DNA from: Candidatus Velthaea sp.
GTDB lineage: Bacteria > Vulcanimicrobiota > Vulcanimicrobiia > Vulcanimicrobiales > Vulcanimicrobiaceae
NCBI GenBank assembly: GCA_050012475.1
Contig: JBEKHC010000051.1
Coordinates: forward strand, 1-35,094
Length of the DNA: 35,094 bases
Direction: 5' to 3'
The notes beneath the pieces were generated by a model, which saw only the letters and a program-made list of their open reading frames with translations, was not told the origin of the DNA and did no database searches. Position numbers and translations under genes: made by a program. Below are positions 9,201-17,370 of this stretch, piece after piece. The first letter of the stretch is position 1; each line of letters opens with the position of its first letter.

Positions 9201-9403
9201 TCCACGCTCTCCCGCAGGCACGCCGCGCCGAAGCCGCCCGCGCCGCCTTTCACACTACCGCGCCGTCGAACGCTTAGGCCTTCGAATTTACCACCTGGGC
9301 GAGCGTTCGCAAAGAGCACTCCGAAGCAGATCGTCGGGAAGATGGAGCCCGCGTCTCTGCTACCTCGGACTTGAGGCCAACGTCCTAACCACCGTCGAGC
9401 GCG

Positions 9404-9853
9404 TCACTCCGGGCCGTCGTCGAAATCGAGCAGGCGGGGACCCGCGCCCTCTTGCCCCAGGACATCCATCGGATTGCGCAGCGGACAACTCCGTACCGAC
9501 AAACAGCCGCAACCGATGCAATCTCCGAGTTGATCGCGGAGCGCCGTCAGCCGCCGGATGCGGTCGTCGAGATCGCCCTTCCACCGCTTGGACAACCGCG
9601 CCCAATCTTTCGCTGAAACAGCACGCTCCGTCGGCAGCGTCGCCAACGCGTCGCGAATCTCGCCCAGCGAAATGCCGGCCCGTTGAGCTACCTTGATGAC
9701 CGCGATGCGCCGCAACTCCGAGCGCGCAAAACGACGCTGGTTTCCGGCGGTGCGAGAACTGCTGATCAGCCCTTTGGCTTCGTAAAAATGGATCGCGGAA
9801 ACGGCGACCCCGCTGCGGGCCGCTATTTCACCGACGGTCAAAAATTCGGTCAT
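9404..9853 (-). CDS. soxR: Redox-sensitive transcriptional activator SoxR
   Basis: MerR HTH ([26 protein letters not shown]...GNQRRF) and the [2Fe-2S] motif [17 protein letters not shown]. Confidence 0.97.
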   Translation of the reverse strand: MTEFLTVGEIAARSGVAVSAIHFYEAKGLISSSRTAGNQRRFARSELRRIAVIKVAQRAGISLGEIRDALATLPTERAVSAKDWARLSKRWKGDLDDRIRRLTALRDQLGDCIGCGCLSVRSCPLRNPMDVLGQEGAGPRLLDFDDGPE

Positions 9854-9857
9854 GCTC

Positions 9858-9888
9858 TTGACATCAACATTACTTGAGGTTGTACGGT
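9858..9888 (+). promoter_or_regulatory. SoxR-dependent promoter with SoxR box (9862-9879)
   Basis: -35 TTGACA (9858-9863), a 19-bp spacer and -10 TACGGT (9883-9888). CATCAACATTACTTGAGG matches CCTCAAGTTAACTTGAGG at 14/18 positions. Confidence 0.9.
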
Positions 9889-9896
9889 TGCGGCAA
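9867..9896 (-). promoter_or_regulatory. Putative divergent soxR promoter overlapping the SoxR box
   Basis: Minus strand reads TTGCCG (9896-9891), N18, TAATGT (9872-9867), ending 13 nt before the soxR ATG. Confidence 0.5.
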
Positions 9897-9897
9897 G

Positions 9898-10623
9898 ATG
9901 AATACTTGGTTTGAATCCGGACACGTTGCCATCGTCACCGGCGGCTCCCGGGGCTTGGGCAAAGCTCTGGCCCGCGAACTCGCCGCCCATGGCCTGCACA
10001 CGATCATCGACGGCCGCGATCGGCGTTCGCTCGACGCAGCGAGCGCCGACCTGAGGCGATTCGGCAACGTCAGCGCGATTGCCGGCGACGTGACGCGCAG
10101 CGAGCACGTCCGCGCGCTCTTTGACGAAGCGCGGCGGTTGGGACGGTTGGATCTGGTGGTCAACAACGCATCGACCCTCGGTGCCGTCCCGCTGCCGCGG
10201 ATGAATGACATCGCTCACCGTACGTTGGCCCATCTCTTCGACGTCAACGTCTTCGCGCCGATCCATCTCATGCAGCATGCGCTGGCGTTTTGGCGGCAAA
10301 ACGGGGGCGCCGGCACGCTCGTCAACATCACGTCGGATGCGGCCGTGGAGCCCTATGCGAGCTGGGGCGGTTACGGCGCGGCCAAAGCCGCGCTCGAGCA
10401 TGTCTCGCGCGTTCTCGCCGTCGAGTTGGAAGCTGCGCGCGTCCGCGTCTTGGTGGCGGATCCGGGTGACATGAACACCCAAATGCACCGCGACGCAATC
10501 CCCGATGCGGATCCGCAGTCGCTGCGGGATCCGGCCGAGTCGGCTCGCGCGCTGATGCATGCGATCGCGACGATGGACGGTCCGTACCAACGCGTGCGCC
10601 TGAGCGACCTGGTGATCGCGTGA
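9898..10623 (+). CDS. SDR family oxidoreductase (SoxR-regulated)
   Basis: Motifs [21 protein letters not shown], catalytic YGAAK and DPGDMNTQM. The ATG lies 9 nt after the -10, so the transcript is near-leaderless. Confidence 0.93.
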   Translation: MNTWFESGHVAIVTGGSRGLGKALARELAAHGLHTIIDGRDRRSLDAASADLRRFGNVSAIAGDVTRSEHVRALFDEARRLGRLDLVVNNASTLGAVPLPRMNDIAHRTLAHLFDVNVFAPIHLMQHALAFWRQNGGAGTLVNITSDAAVEPYASWGGYGAAKAALEHVSRVLAVELEAARVRVLVADPGDMNTQMHRDAIPDADPQSLRDPAESARALMHAIATMDGPYQRVRLSDLVIA

Positions 10624-11621
10624 ACGTTCTTAGCGGCGCTTCGCGTTCGCTGCTCGATGCGGTCGCGCCGCCCGAACGTCGCGGCCTCGACCGCGATGCC
10701 GTCCGTCTGCTGGTCACCGATCGCGCAGCGGGCACGCATTCGCACGCGCGCTTCTTCCAACTGCCGGCCTTCCTGCGCACGGGCGACGTTCTCGTGGTCA
10801 ACGACTCCGCGACGCTGCCGGCCGCGTTACGGGCTCGGCGCATCAACGGCGAAGCGCTACCGCTGCACGTTGCGACAATGGTCGATCCGCGGCTCTGGAT
10901 GGCCGAGCCGCGCGGCACGGTCCTGTGCGGCGAGGAACTCCGTCTTCCCGGGAGAGCATCGGCGGTGATGATCGCGCCAGTCGAGCCCGAGCAGCCGCGG
11001 CTGTGGTACGCGTGGTTCGGACTTCCCTTGCCGATGTACGCATATCTTGCCGTTCACGGCGAGCCGATCCGGTACGGCTACGTGACCCAGAAGTTTCCGC
11101 TGAGCGACTACCAGACGATGTTTGCGCGTGAAACGGGATCGTCGGAGATGCCGTCGGCGGCGCGACCGTTCACGGTCCGAACCGTGAATGCCTTACAGCA
11201 ACGGGGGATCGAGATCGTGACGATCACGCTCCATTGCGGTCTTGCGAGCATGGAGCGTCCCGAACGCCCCGGACCGGAGCGCTATGCGGTCTCATATGAA
11301 GCCGCCGCTGCGCTCAATCCCGCGCGGTCCGAAGGGCGGCGCGCAATCGCCGTCGGAACGACCGCCGTCCGGGCGCTGGAAAGCTCACTGCAGCGCGGCC
11401 GCGTGGTCCCGTCCGCCGGATGGACCGATCTCGTCATCGATGAACGCCATGTGGTGCGGTCCGTCGACGGATTACTTTCGGGATTCCACGCTGCCGGCGC
11501 AACGCATCAATCGATTCTTCGCGCGTTTCTCGACAGCGATCTCTTGTCGACGGCGTACGATCAAGCAGCGATGCACGGCTACTATCAGCATGAGTTCGGC
11601 GATGTGCACCTTATCCTGTGA
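10620..11621 (+). CDS. QueA-family (SAM:tRNA ribosyltransferase-isomerase fold) divergent paralog
   Basis: QueA scaffold motifs RDAVRLLV, GDVLVVNDS, YQTMFA, ITLHCG, AVGTTAVRALES and FGDVHLIL. The GTG start overlaps the SDR stop (GTGA). Confidence 0.9.
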   Translation: MNVLSGASRSLLDAVAPPERRGLDRDAVRLLVTDRAAGTHSHARFFQLPAFLRTGDVLVVNDSATLPAALRARRINGEALPLHVATMVDPRLWMAEPRGTVLCGEELRLPGRASAVMIAPVEPEQPRLWYAWFGLPLPMYAYLAVHGEPIRYGYVTQKFPLSDYQTMFARETGSSEMPSAARPFTVRTVNALQQRGIEIVTITLHCGLASMERPERPGPERYAVSYEAAAALNPARSEGRRAIAVGTTAVRALESSLQRGRVVPSAGWTDLVIDERHVVRSVDGLLSGFHAAGATHQSILRAFLDSDLLSTAYDQAAMHGYYQHEFGDVHLIL

Positions 11622-11622
11622 A

Positions 11623-11643
11623 CCGGCGGCTTCGGTTCGCCGG
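11623..11643. terminator. GC hairpin with cUUCGg loop between convergent genes
   Basis: CCGGCG-GC-TTCG-GT-T-CGCCGG lies directly after the QueA-like stop. There is no U-tract. Confidence 0.45.
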
Positions 11644-11678
11644 CCTCACGCCACCTCTGCGGTTCGACGGTCGTCGCT

Positions 11679-12056
11679 TCAGCGCGTTTGCCGAGCCTTG
11701 GACCCGGCGTTGCAGCGTGCGATCCGGGCGTTCACGAGCTTGGCGACGAGTTCAGCCGGGAGCGGACGTTCGGATGAAAAGCGGACGGTACCCTTGCTGA
11801 TCTGGTAGCCTGCGAGTTCGTGCTCGAAATCCTGGATCACCGCGCCCGGATAGAACGCGCAGTGGTTTGCCGTCGCGCCGAACCAGACGAGCACCTTTCC
11901 GTCAAGTCGAAAGGCGGGCATCCGGTAGCTGATGCACTCCTGCGCGCGCGGCGCAGCAGCCTGGATCATCTGCCGCAGCGCCTCGAGCGCGACGCGCTGG
12001 TCGCCGGGCAGCGCGGTTAGGTACTCGTCGATTGATTCAACCGTTGCCTTGCGCAT
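11679..12056 (-). CDS. DUF1801 / YdhG-like protein
   Basis: SIDEYLTALPGDQRVALEALRQMIQAAAP...ECISYRMPAF...HCAFYP...SKGTVRF...PLPAELVAKLV. Confidence 0.88.
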   Translation of the reverse strand: MRKATVESIDEYLTALPGDQRVALEALRQMIQAAAPRAQECISYRMPAFRLDGKVLVWFGATANHCAFYPGAVIQDFEHELAGYQISKGTVRFSSERPLPAELVAKLVNARIARCNAGSKARQTR

Positions 12057-12198
12057 TTTGCTGAGTACCGATCGTACAGAGGTCTCGGGCGCAGCATCGT
12101 TTCGCGACGAACCGCGTCCTCGTGACGACAGCGAAACTTCCGAAGAACCTGCGCGCATTCCCGTACGCCAAAACCCGTCGCACGCGAGCTGCCGGAAT

Positions 12199-12741
12199 TC
12201 AGACGCGGCGAAATGCCGCTCCCAGGACATCGGCAACCTCGTCGAAGGCCGACGAAAGATCCGAGCGCAACCCCGTCCGCGTTGCAGGCCCGAAGCGCTC
12301 ATCGAGAAAGGCGCCGTTCGCTGCCATGTGCGCTGCCCCGATTTCGGCTTGGGCTTCTCGCAGCCGTTCGAGCCCCGCGCACAGCGTGCGCAATTGGTAC
12401 TCCAACTCGTGGTCGGGACTCGGCCGCCCGGCGCGCCGGGTTCGGCGCAGCGCCGTCGGCACGACGAGATATGCGGTTAGCGTGTCGGGAAGATAGCGGC
12501 CCAGCGTTTCGCGAGCGGTGAACGCTTCGTCCGAATTCCTCGGGTGCCGCGCGAGACATTCGTGCGCGAGGGCCACGATTTCGCGCACTTTGCGTCGGTG
12601 CCGGCGCCGCAATCGGCGCATCGACCGGGATACCGACGGCGCCTCGGAGCGCGGCGCCGCCGCAGCGCGGGTGCGTAGCGACACAGCCAATCCCGCGCAC
12701 CCGGCCAGCGCCAACGCCTCGACGATGAACGCATCGATCAC
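12199..12741 (-). CDS. Membrane-anchored helical protein, XpaC (5-bromo-4-chloroindolyl phosphate hydrolysis)-like
   Basis: N-terminal TM helix and the motifs RYLPDTLTAYL, ELEYQLRTL and NGAFLDERF. Confidence 0.65.
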   Translation of the reverse strand: MIDAFIVEALALAGCAGLAVSLRTRAAAAPRSEAPSVSRSMRRLRRRHRRKVREIVALAHECLARHPRNSDEAFTARETLGRYLPDTLTAYLVVPTALRRTRRAGRPSPDHELEYQLRTLCAGLERLREAQAEIGAAHMAANGAFLDERFGPATRTGLRSDLSSAFDEVADVLGAAFRRV

Positions 12742-12750
12742 GTTAATGAA

Positions 12751-12777
12751 TACGCCGGGAAGCAGCCGCCGGTTTCA
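12751..12777 (-). promoter_or_regulatory. ECF sigma (SigW-type) promoter
   Basis: Minus strand reads TGAAAC-N17-CGTA, ending 9 nt before the GTG at 12741. Confidence 0.6.
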
Positions 12778-13109
12778 GAGCATGCGGCACGATCGCAAAC
12801 ATTTGCTCGCTTCCTCAATGGACGAGGAATTGTTGCAATGCCGAAATCCGATTTCCTTTGGCCGCGCAAAACGCGCTTCATTCGATCGGCGTCCGTTTTT
12901 TGAGCTTGAACTCGCCGCGATGTCGCTGGCGCAGAGACGACGCGCGAAACGCCATTTGAGGCCGCAGGACTTCGTCATCTTACGGTCGACCTTCGCGGCA
13001 CGGCGCAATGGAACGACCCCCGTCTGCGGTCGTCAAAAAAGAAACGGCGTCGTGCACACGCGGAATCGGCGAAAGCGTCCGCACGCAATCAGAAAAGGAC
13101 CACGAACGT

Positions 13110-14609
13110 ATGAACGTTGTCAGCAGCCCGGGTGTGGGCAGCTCCGACCTCGCTCGCGACAAACAAAAGTGGCTCGAATCTCACGAGGAAGGTTACGAGA
13201 AAAGCCTCAAGCCGCGACAGATTCAGATGATCGCCATCGGCGGCGCGATCGGCACCGGCCTCTTCCTGGGTGCCGGCGGACGGCTTCAACTCGCCGGGCC
13301 GAGTTTGGCGGTCGTCTATCTCGTCTGCGGCCTGTTCTCTTTTCTCATCTTGCGCGCGCTTGGCGAACTCGTCATGCACCGTCCGACCTCCGGCAGTTTC
13401 GTTTCGTACGCACGCGAGTTCTTGGGTGAGCGCGGGTCGTTCGTTGCGGGCTGGATGTACTACCTGAACTGGGCGATGACGGGCATCGTCGACATCACCG
13501 CAGTCGCGCTCTACATGCGCTACTGGGGCACGTTTGCCAACGTGCCGCAGTGGCTTTTCGCGCTAGGCGCGCTCGTCTTCGTCGGCGCAATGAACATGGT
13601 TGCGGTAAAGTTCTTCGGCGAGATGGAATTCTGGTTTTCGCTCATCAAAGTCGGCGCGCTCGTCTTATTCTTGATCGTCGGCTTCTTCTTGGTCGTTACC
13701 AGCCACGTCGTTGCCGGACAAGCGCCCGGCCTCCATTTGATCTCGCAGAACGGCGGCATCTTTCCTCACGGCATCCTACCGGCGGTCATCATCGTGCAAG
13801 GCGTCGTTTTCGCATATGCCGGGATCGAATTGATCGGAACGGCCGCCGGCGAGGCGCAAGATGCGCGCAAAGTTCTGCCCAACGCGATCAACAGCGTCAT
13901 GTGGCGCATTGCGCTCTTTTACGTCGGCTCGGTCGTGCTCTTGGTCATGCTCATGCCCTGGACCGCATACAAAGCCGGCGTGAGCCCGTTCGTTACGTTC
14001 TTCGGCGCACTCGGCGTCCCGGGCATCGGCACCGCGATGAACCTCGTTGTCCTCACCGCCGCTCTGTCGAGCCTCAATTCGGGACTGTATTCGACCGGCC
14101 GGGTCCTGCGTGCGTTAGCGATGGGCGGGTCGGCGCCGCCGTTCGTTGCCAAGATGAACGCCGCGAAAGTGCCGTACGGCGGCATCCTCGTCACCTTGGT
14201 CGTCTATCTCGTCGGCGTCGTGCTCAACTACCTGGTGCCCTCGCAAGTCTTTGAGATCGTCCTCAACGTCGCTTCGCTGGGAATCGTGAGCACGTGGGGC
14301 TTCATCGTGGTTTGCCAGATGTTTTTGCGTCGCGGCATCAATCGCGGCGAAATCGCACCGGTCACTTTCCGCATGCCCTTCGCGCCCTTTACGTCGTGGA
14401 TCACGCTTGCGTTTTTGTTCAGCGTGCTGGTGCTCATGGGCTTCGATTATCCCGACGGCACGTACACGATCGCGGCGATCCCCGTGGTGGCGATCTTGCT
14501 GGGTGTCGGTTGGATGATCTTGAAAGGCAGCAGCCCGTTCAGCCCGACCGTTCCCTCGTACGTGCTCACGCACGCAGTCGAACTGGACGAGCTCGCCGAT
14601 CCGCGTTAG
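13110..14609 (+). CDS. ansP: Amino acid permease (APC family), L-asparagine permease-like
   Basis: HEEGYEKSLKPRQIQMIAIGGAIGTGLFLGAGGRL, RPTSGSFVSYAREFLGE and FGEMEFWF, with 12 TM segments and an AAAGGA RBS. Confidence 0.88.
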   Translation: MNVVSSPGVGSSDLARDKQKWLESHEEGYEKSLKPRQIQMIAIGGAIGTGLFLGAGGRLQLAGPSLAVVYLVCGLFSFLILRALGELVMHRPTSGSFVSYAREFLGERGSFVAGWMYYLNWAMTGIVDITAVALYMRYWGTFANVPQWLFALGALVFVGAMNMVAVKFFGEMEFWFSLIKVGALVLFLIVGFFLVVTSHVVAGQAPGLHLISQNGGIFPHGILPAVIIVQGVVFAYAGIELIGTAAGEAQDARKVLPNAINSVMWRIALFYVGSVVLLVMLMPWTAYKAGVSPFVTFFGALGVPGIGTAMNLVVLTAALSSLNSGLYSTGRVLRALAMGGSAPPFVAKMNAAKVPYGGILVTLVVYLVGVVLNYLVPSQVFEIVLNVASLGIVSTWGFIVVCQMFLRRGINRGEIAPVTFRMPFAPFTSWITLAFLFSVLVLMGFDYPDGTYTIAAIPVVAILLGVGWMILKGSSPFSPTVPSYVLTHAVELDELADPR

Positions 14610-14698
14610 CGCCGCTGTCCGGCGAACGCATGTCACGGGCTCGGCCGCGACGCACGCGAGCGCCGAGCCCGCACCCGATCACAGCGCGACGCCGACGA

Positions 14699-14968
14699 TC
14701 ACATCGCGATGCCGAGACAGAGGTGTCCGTTCGCGTGTGGATCGTCGGGCGTATCGATCGCGATCGTGCCGGGCGTTTCCAGCCCTTCGGCAAAGAGCGA
14801 GGCCGTCTTCGATGATTTCGCATCGCTGCGAGCAAAATACAGCTGGAACTCCGGCAGCCCGTCCACCTTGATCGTCGCCTTGCCGTTCACGAACGGGACG
14901 CAGAAGTTTCGGTGGGCAGCACCTTTCCAGAGCACGTCGTATTGCGCGATGGCCGCCGGCGTCGTCAT
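14699..14968 (-). CDS. Hypothetical beta-rich small protein (89 aa)
   Basis: Protein-like composition from MTTPAAIAQYDVLWKG. It fills the gap downstream of the DUF1810 gene, and no family is recognised. Confidence 0.45.
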   Translation of the reverse strand: MTTPAAIAQYDVLWKGAAHRNFCVPFVNGKATIKVDGLPEFQLYFARSDAKSSKTASLFAEGLETPGTIAIDTPDDPHANGHLCLGIAM

Positions 14969-15050
14969 GCGTTCTTGTTCACCGTTTGAACCAAAGCAAA
15001 ACAGCACCCGGCGCGGATAGCAGAAACTGCTTTTTCGGGCTAACGACCCG

Positions 15051-15497
15051 CTAGTCGGGAGACGCGCGAACGTCGCCGAGGATCGCGCGTGTCCCGGCGT
15101 CCTCGTTGCCGTCGCAGAAGCGGTTGAGTGCCTGCCTGAATTCATTCTCCGCTGCGTTCGAGGCGAGCGCGAACAGCGTCATGGACGAGCGGAACTTCAA
15201 GTCGTCCGGCGTTCCGAAGATCGCGTTGAGAGAACGGCCTTCGTGCGACAGCACACCGTGCGTGCACGTGATGAGCCTAGGTCCGAGTAGGGGATGCGCC
15301 AGATACGCGCGCGCCTCGGCTAATGAGGCGATGCCGTACCGGTGCGCCATCGAGGAGTGACCGAGCCCGCGGAGCTGCGGAAAAATAAACCATATCCAAT
15401 GCGTGCGTTTCCGCCCGGCCGCAAGCTCAGCGAGCACGATCTCGAAAACGGGCGCCTGCGCAGCGACGAAACGCTGCAGCTCGAACGGGTCATTCAC
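15051..15497 (-). CDS. DUF1810 family protein
   Basis: DPFELQRFVAAQ...ELAAGRKRTHWIWFIFPQLRGLGHS...EARAYLAHPLLGPRL...IFGTPDDLKFRSSMTLF. Confidence 0.93.
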   Translation of the reverse strand: MNDPFELQRFVAAQAPVFEIVLAELAAGRKRTHWIWFIFPQLRGLGHSSMAHRYGIASLAEARAYLAHPLLGPRLITCTHGVLSHEGRSLNAIFGTPDDLKFRSSMTLFALASNAAENEFRQALNRFCDGNEDAGTRAILGDVRASPD

Positions 15498-16036
15498 GCA
15501 CGGTTTCCTTCCATCAGCCGCTGGGCTCCGGCGCCGCGACGCACTTCACAGGCTCTTCATCCGGCCTTCGTGCGCGGCCCGTACGCTGGCCCCCATCGCA
15601 CCGCGATCTCTTTACTTTTTCGGAGGGTTTCATGCGGCCGGCCGGTTTTGATTCCGTGGCGTGCGCTCGCCAGATTGTTTACCGCTATGCCCGACGGGCA
15701 CCCCGCGACCAGCGCGGCTCCGGTGCCGCGGCGATCGACGCGCGCCGATTTGCCGCTCAAACCTTTCTTCCCCAATGGATAGCCTTGACGCAGGCCGGCA
15801 TCGTCGCCGTGATCGCCTTCGATCTATGGCGAATCGCCGCGCCGTAGCACGACGGCGGCGCTGATACGCCTTGCCGCCTGCTCGTCGAGCAGAGGTGCTA
15901 GACGTCGTCGTACGGCTCTGCCGATAACCCGTACGTGCCCAATGTTCTCACGCCGCGCCGCCGCAGTCCGCAGGCCGCCGCGTGATGTTTTCTCCCAACG
16001 GACGTATCCGCAGCGCGGGTTCATCCGAGTGCCGCA

Positions 16037-16396
16037 ATGTCAACCTTGCGTAAGCGACTCGCCGTCTTGGCCGTCGCATTGCTGCTCTGCGGATGCGCAA
16101 CCGGCTCGAAAACGTACAGCCTCGCCGGTACCTGGCACATCGTCGAAATCCCCAATGATACGTGGACGTTCGAACGTGACGGCACGTTTTCGGTCATTGC
16201 CGATAACGCACCCTACGACCGGGGTTCCTACGTTCTCACCACGCAAGCCATCCGGCGCGACTTGCAATTCGAGACGACGCAAGCCCTGCGCATTCACATG
16301 GCGACCGAACATACCCCGCCCTACGCGATCACTTGGCTCGGCCCGGACCGGTTCTACCTGACCGCCGACCATGTTGCGCTAACCCTTTACCGCTAG
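16037..16396 (+). CDS. Lipoprotein, lipocalin-like beta-barrel
   Basis: Signal peptide with lipobox LCG-C, and the pattern LAGTW...WTFERDGTF...GSY. Confidence 0.75.
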   Translation: MSTLRKRLAVLAVALLLCGCATGSKTYSLAGTWHIVEIPNDTWTFERDGTFSVIADNAPYDRGSYVLTTQAIRRDLQFETTQALRIHMATEHTPPYAITWLGPDRFYLTADHVALTLYR

Positions 16397-16529
16397 TGCC
16401 CCGAATCAGAAGCCGCTTTGTTGCGCTGCGCTCGCCGGCGGTGCGCCGGCCGGCTTCGACGCAAACGCGACCAACATCCGGTGGGTGCTCGCGGGCGCGC
16501 TCGGCCCGGGCTCGGCGGGAACGACGCGC

Positions 16530-17204
16530 TCAGGCGTGCCGGTCGGCGATGCCGCGCTGGCGTTGACCTTGCTGACGCGCCAAAATGAAGTCGTCGATCG
16601 CGTTCGCCTGCGCGAGGTTCGTGCGCAGCTCGATGCCCGCGAGAAATTTTCCACTCGGCTGCTGGACCGTGGGGCGCGCCAACGCTCCGATCACGGTGAA
16701 GGCGCACGTGCCGAGATCGAATTTAATTTCGACCAGCGTGCCGGTGCGAAGTTCGCGCGGCACCATGAGCGCAACTCCATTGCTGCTGATGTCGACCGTC
16801 GCACTCTTGGTGAACTCGCCGTAGCCGACGGCGTCGGGAGCGTACCGCCACAGCACCGGGAGCGCGTATTTCAGCCGAACGGTGCGCCGCCGGTCGTTCA
16901 CGCGCTGCAGGACCGTGATCTCGGGCGGCAAGGCGAAGCTCGCGGTTTGGCCCTCGATTTTCGTGCACGCAGCATGGAAACGGAAGCTGCCGCGCGCGTT
17001 GACGTAATTAAACAGGGCCGACGTTCCGACCGCGGCTCGGCTCGGACACCGAACCGCGATTTCGGTGCGGCCGATCGACTCGACCGGAACGGATTCCGTC
17101 TTGCCGCCCGTGGCAATGTCGACGAACGCGTTGAGCTCCGGCAAATGATCGCTGTTGACCGCTTTGCTCTTCGATCGGGAGCGCATCGCTTCAAAAAGAT
17201 TCAA
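16530..17204 (-). CDS. PilZ-domain c-di-GMP receptor (YcgR-like two-domain)
   Basis: RRRTVR (RxxxR) and DISSNG (DxSxxG) motifs, with a GGAGAGG RBS before the TTG start. Confidence 0.88.
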   Translation of the reverse strand: MNLFEAMRSRSKSKAVNSDHLPELNAFVDIATGGKTESVPVESIGRTEIAVRCPSRAAVGTSALFNYVNARGSFRFHAACTKIEGQTASFALPPEITVLQRVNDRRRTVRLKYALPVLWRYAPDAVGYGEFTKSATVDISSNGVALMVPRELRTGTLVEIKFDLGTCAFTVIGALARPTVQQPSGKFLAGIELRTNLAQANAIDDFILARQQGQRQRGIADRHA

Positions 17205-17370
17205 ACCAAGCCCCCTCTCCGCAAAGCGAGCGGCCGTGCAGATCGCTTTCCACTAGTCGAAACGTCGGCAAACGCGGCGCCCACGTTTAGCCGCCGGATC
17301 GTCCCCCGTGCAAAGAAGTCGCGAGTTCGGAGTCGAGGGCGCTGCGGCGCCGTCGCGGAAACGCGAGCGC

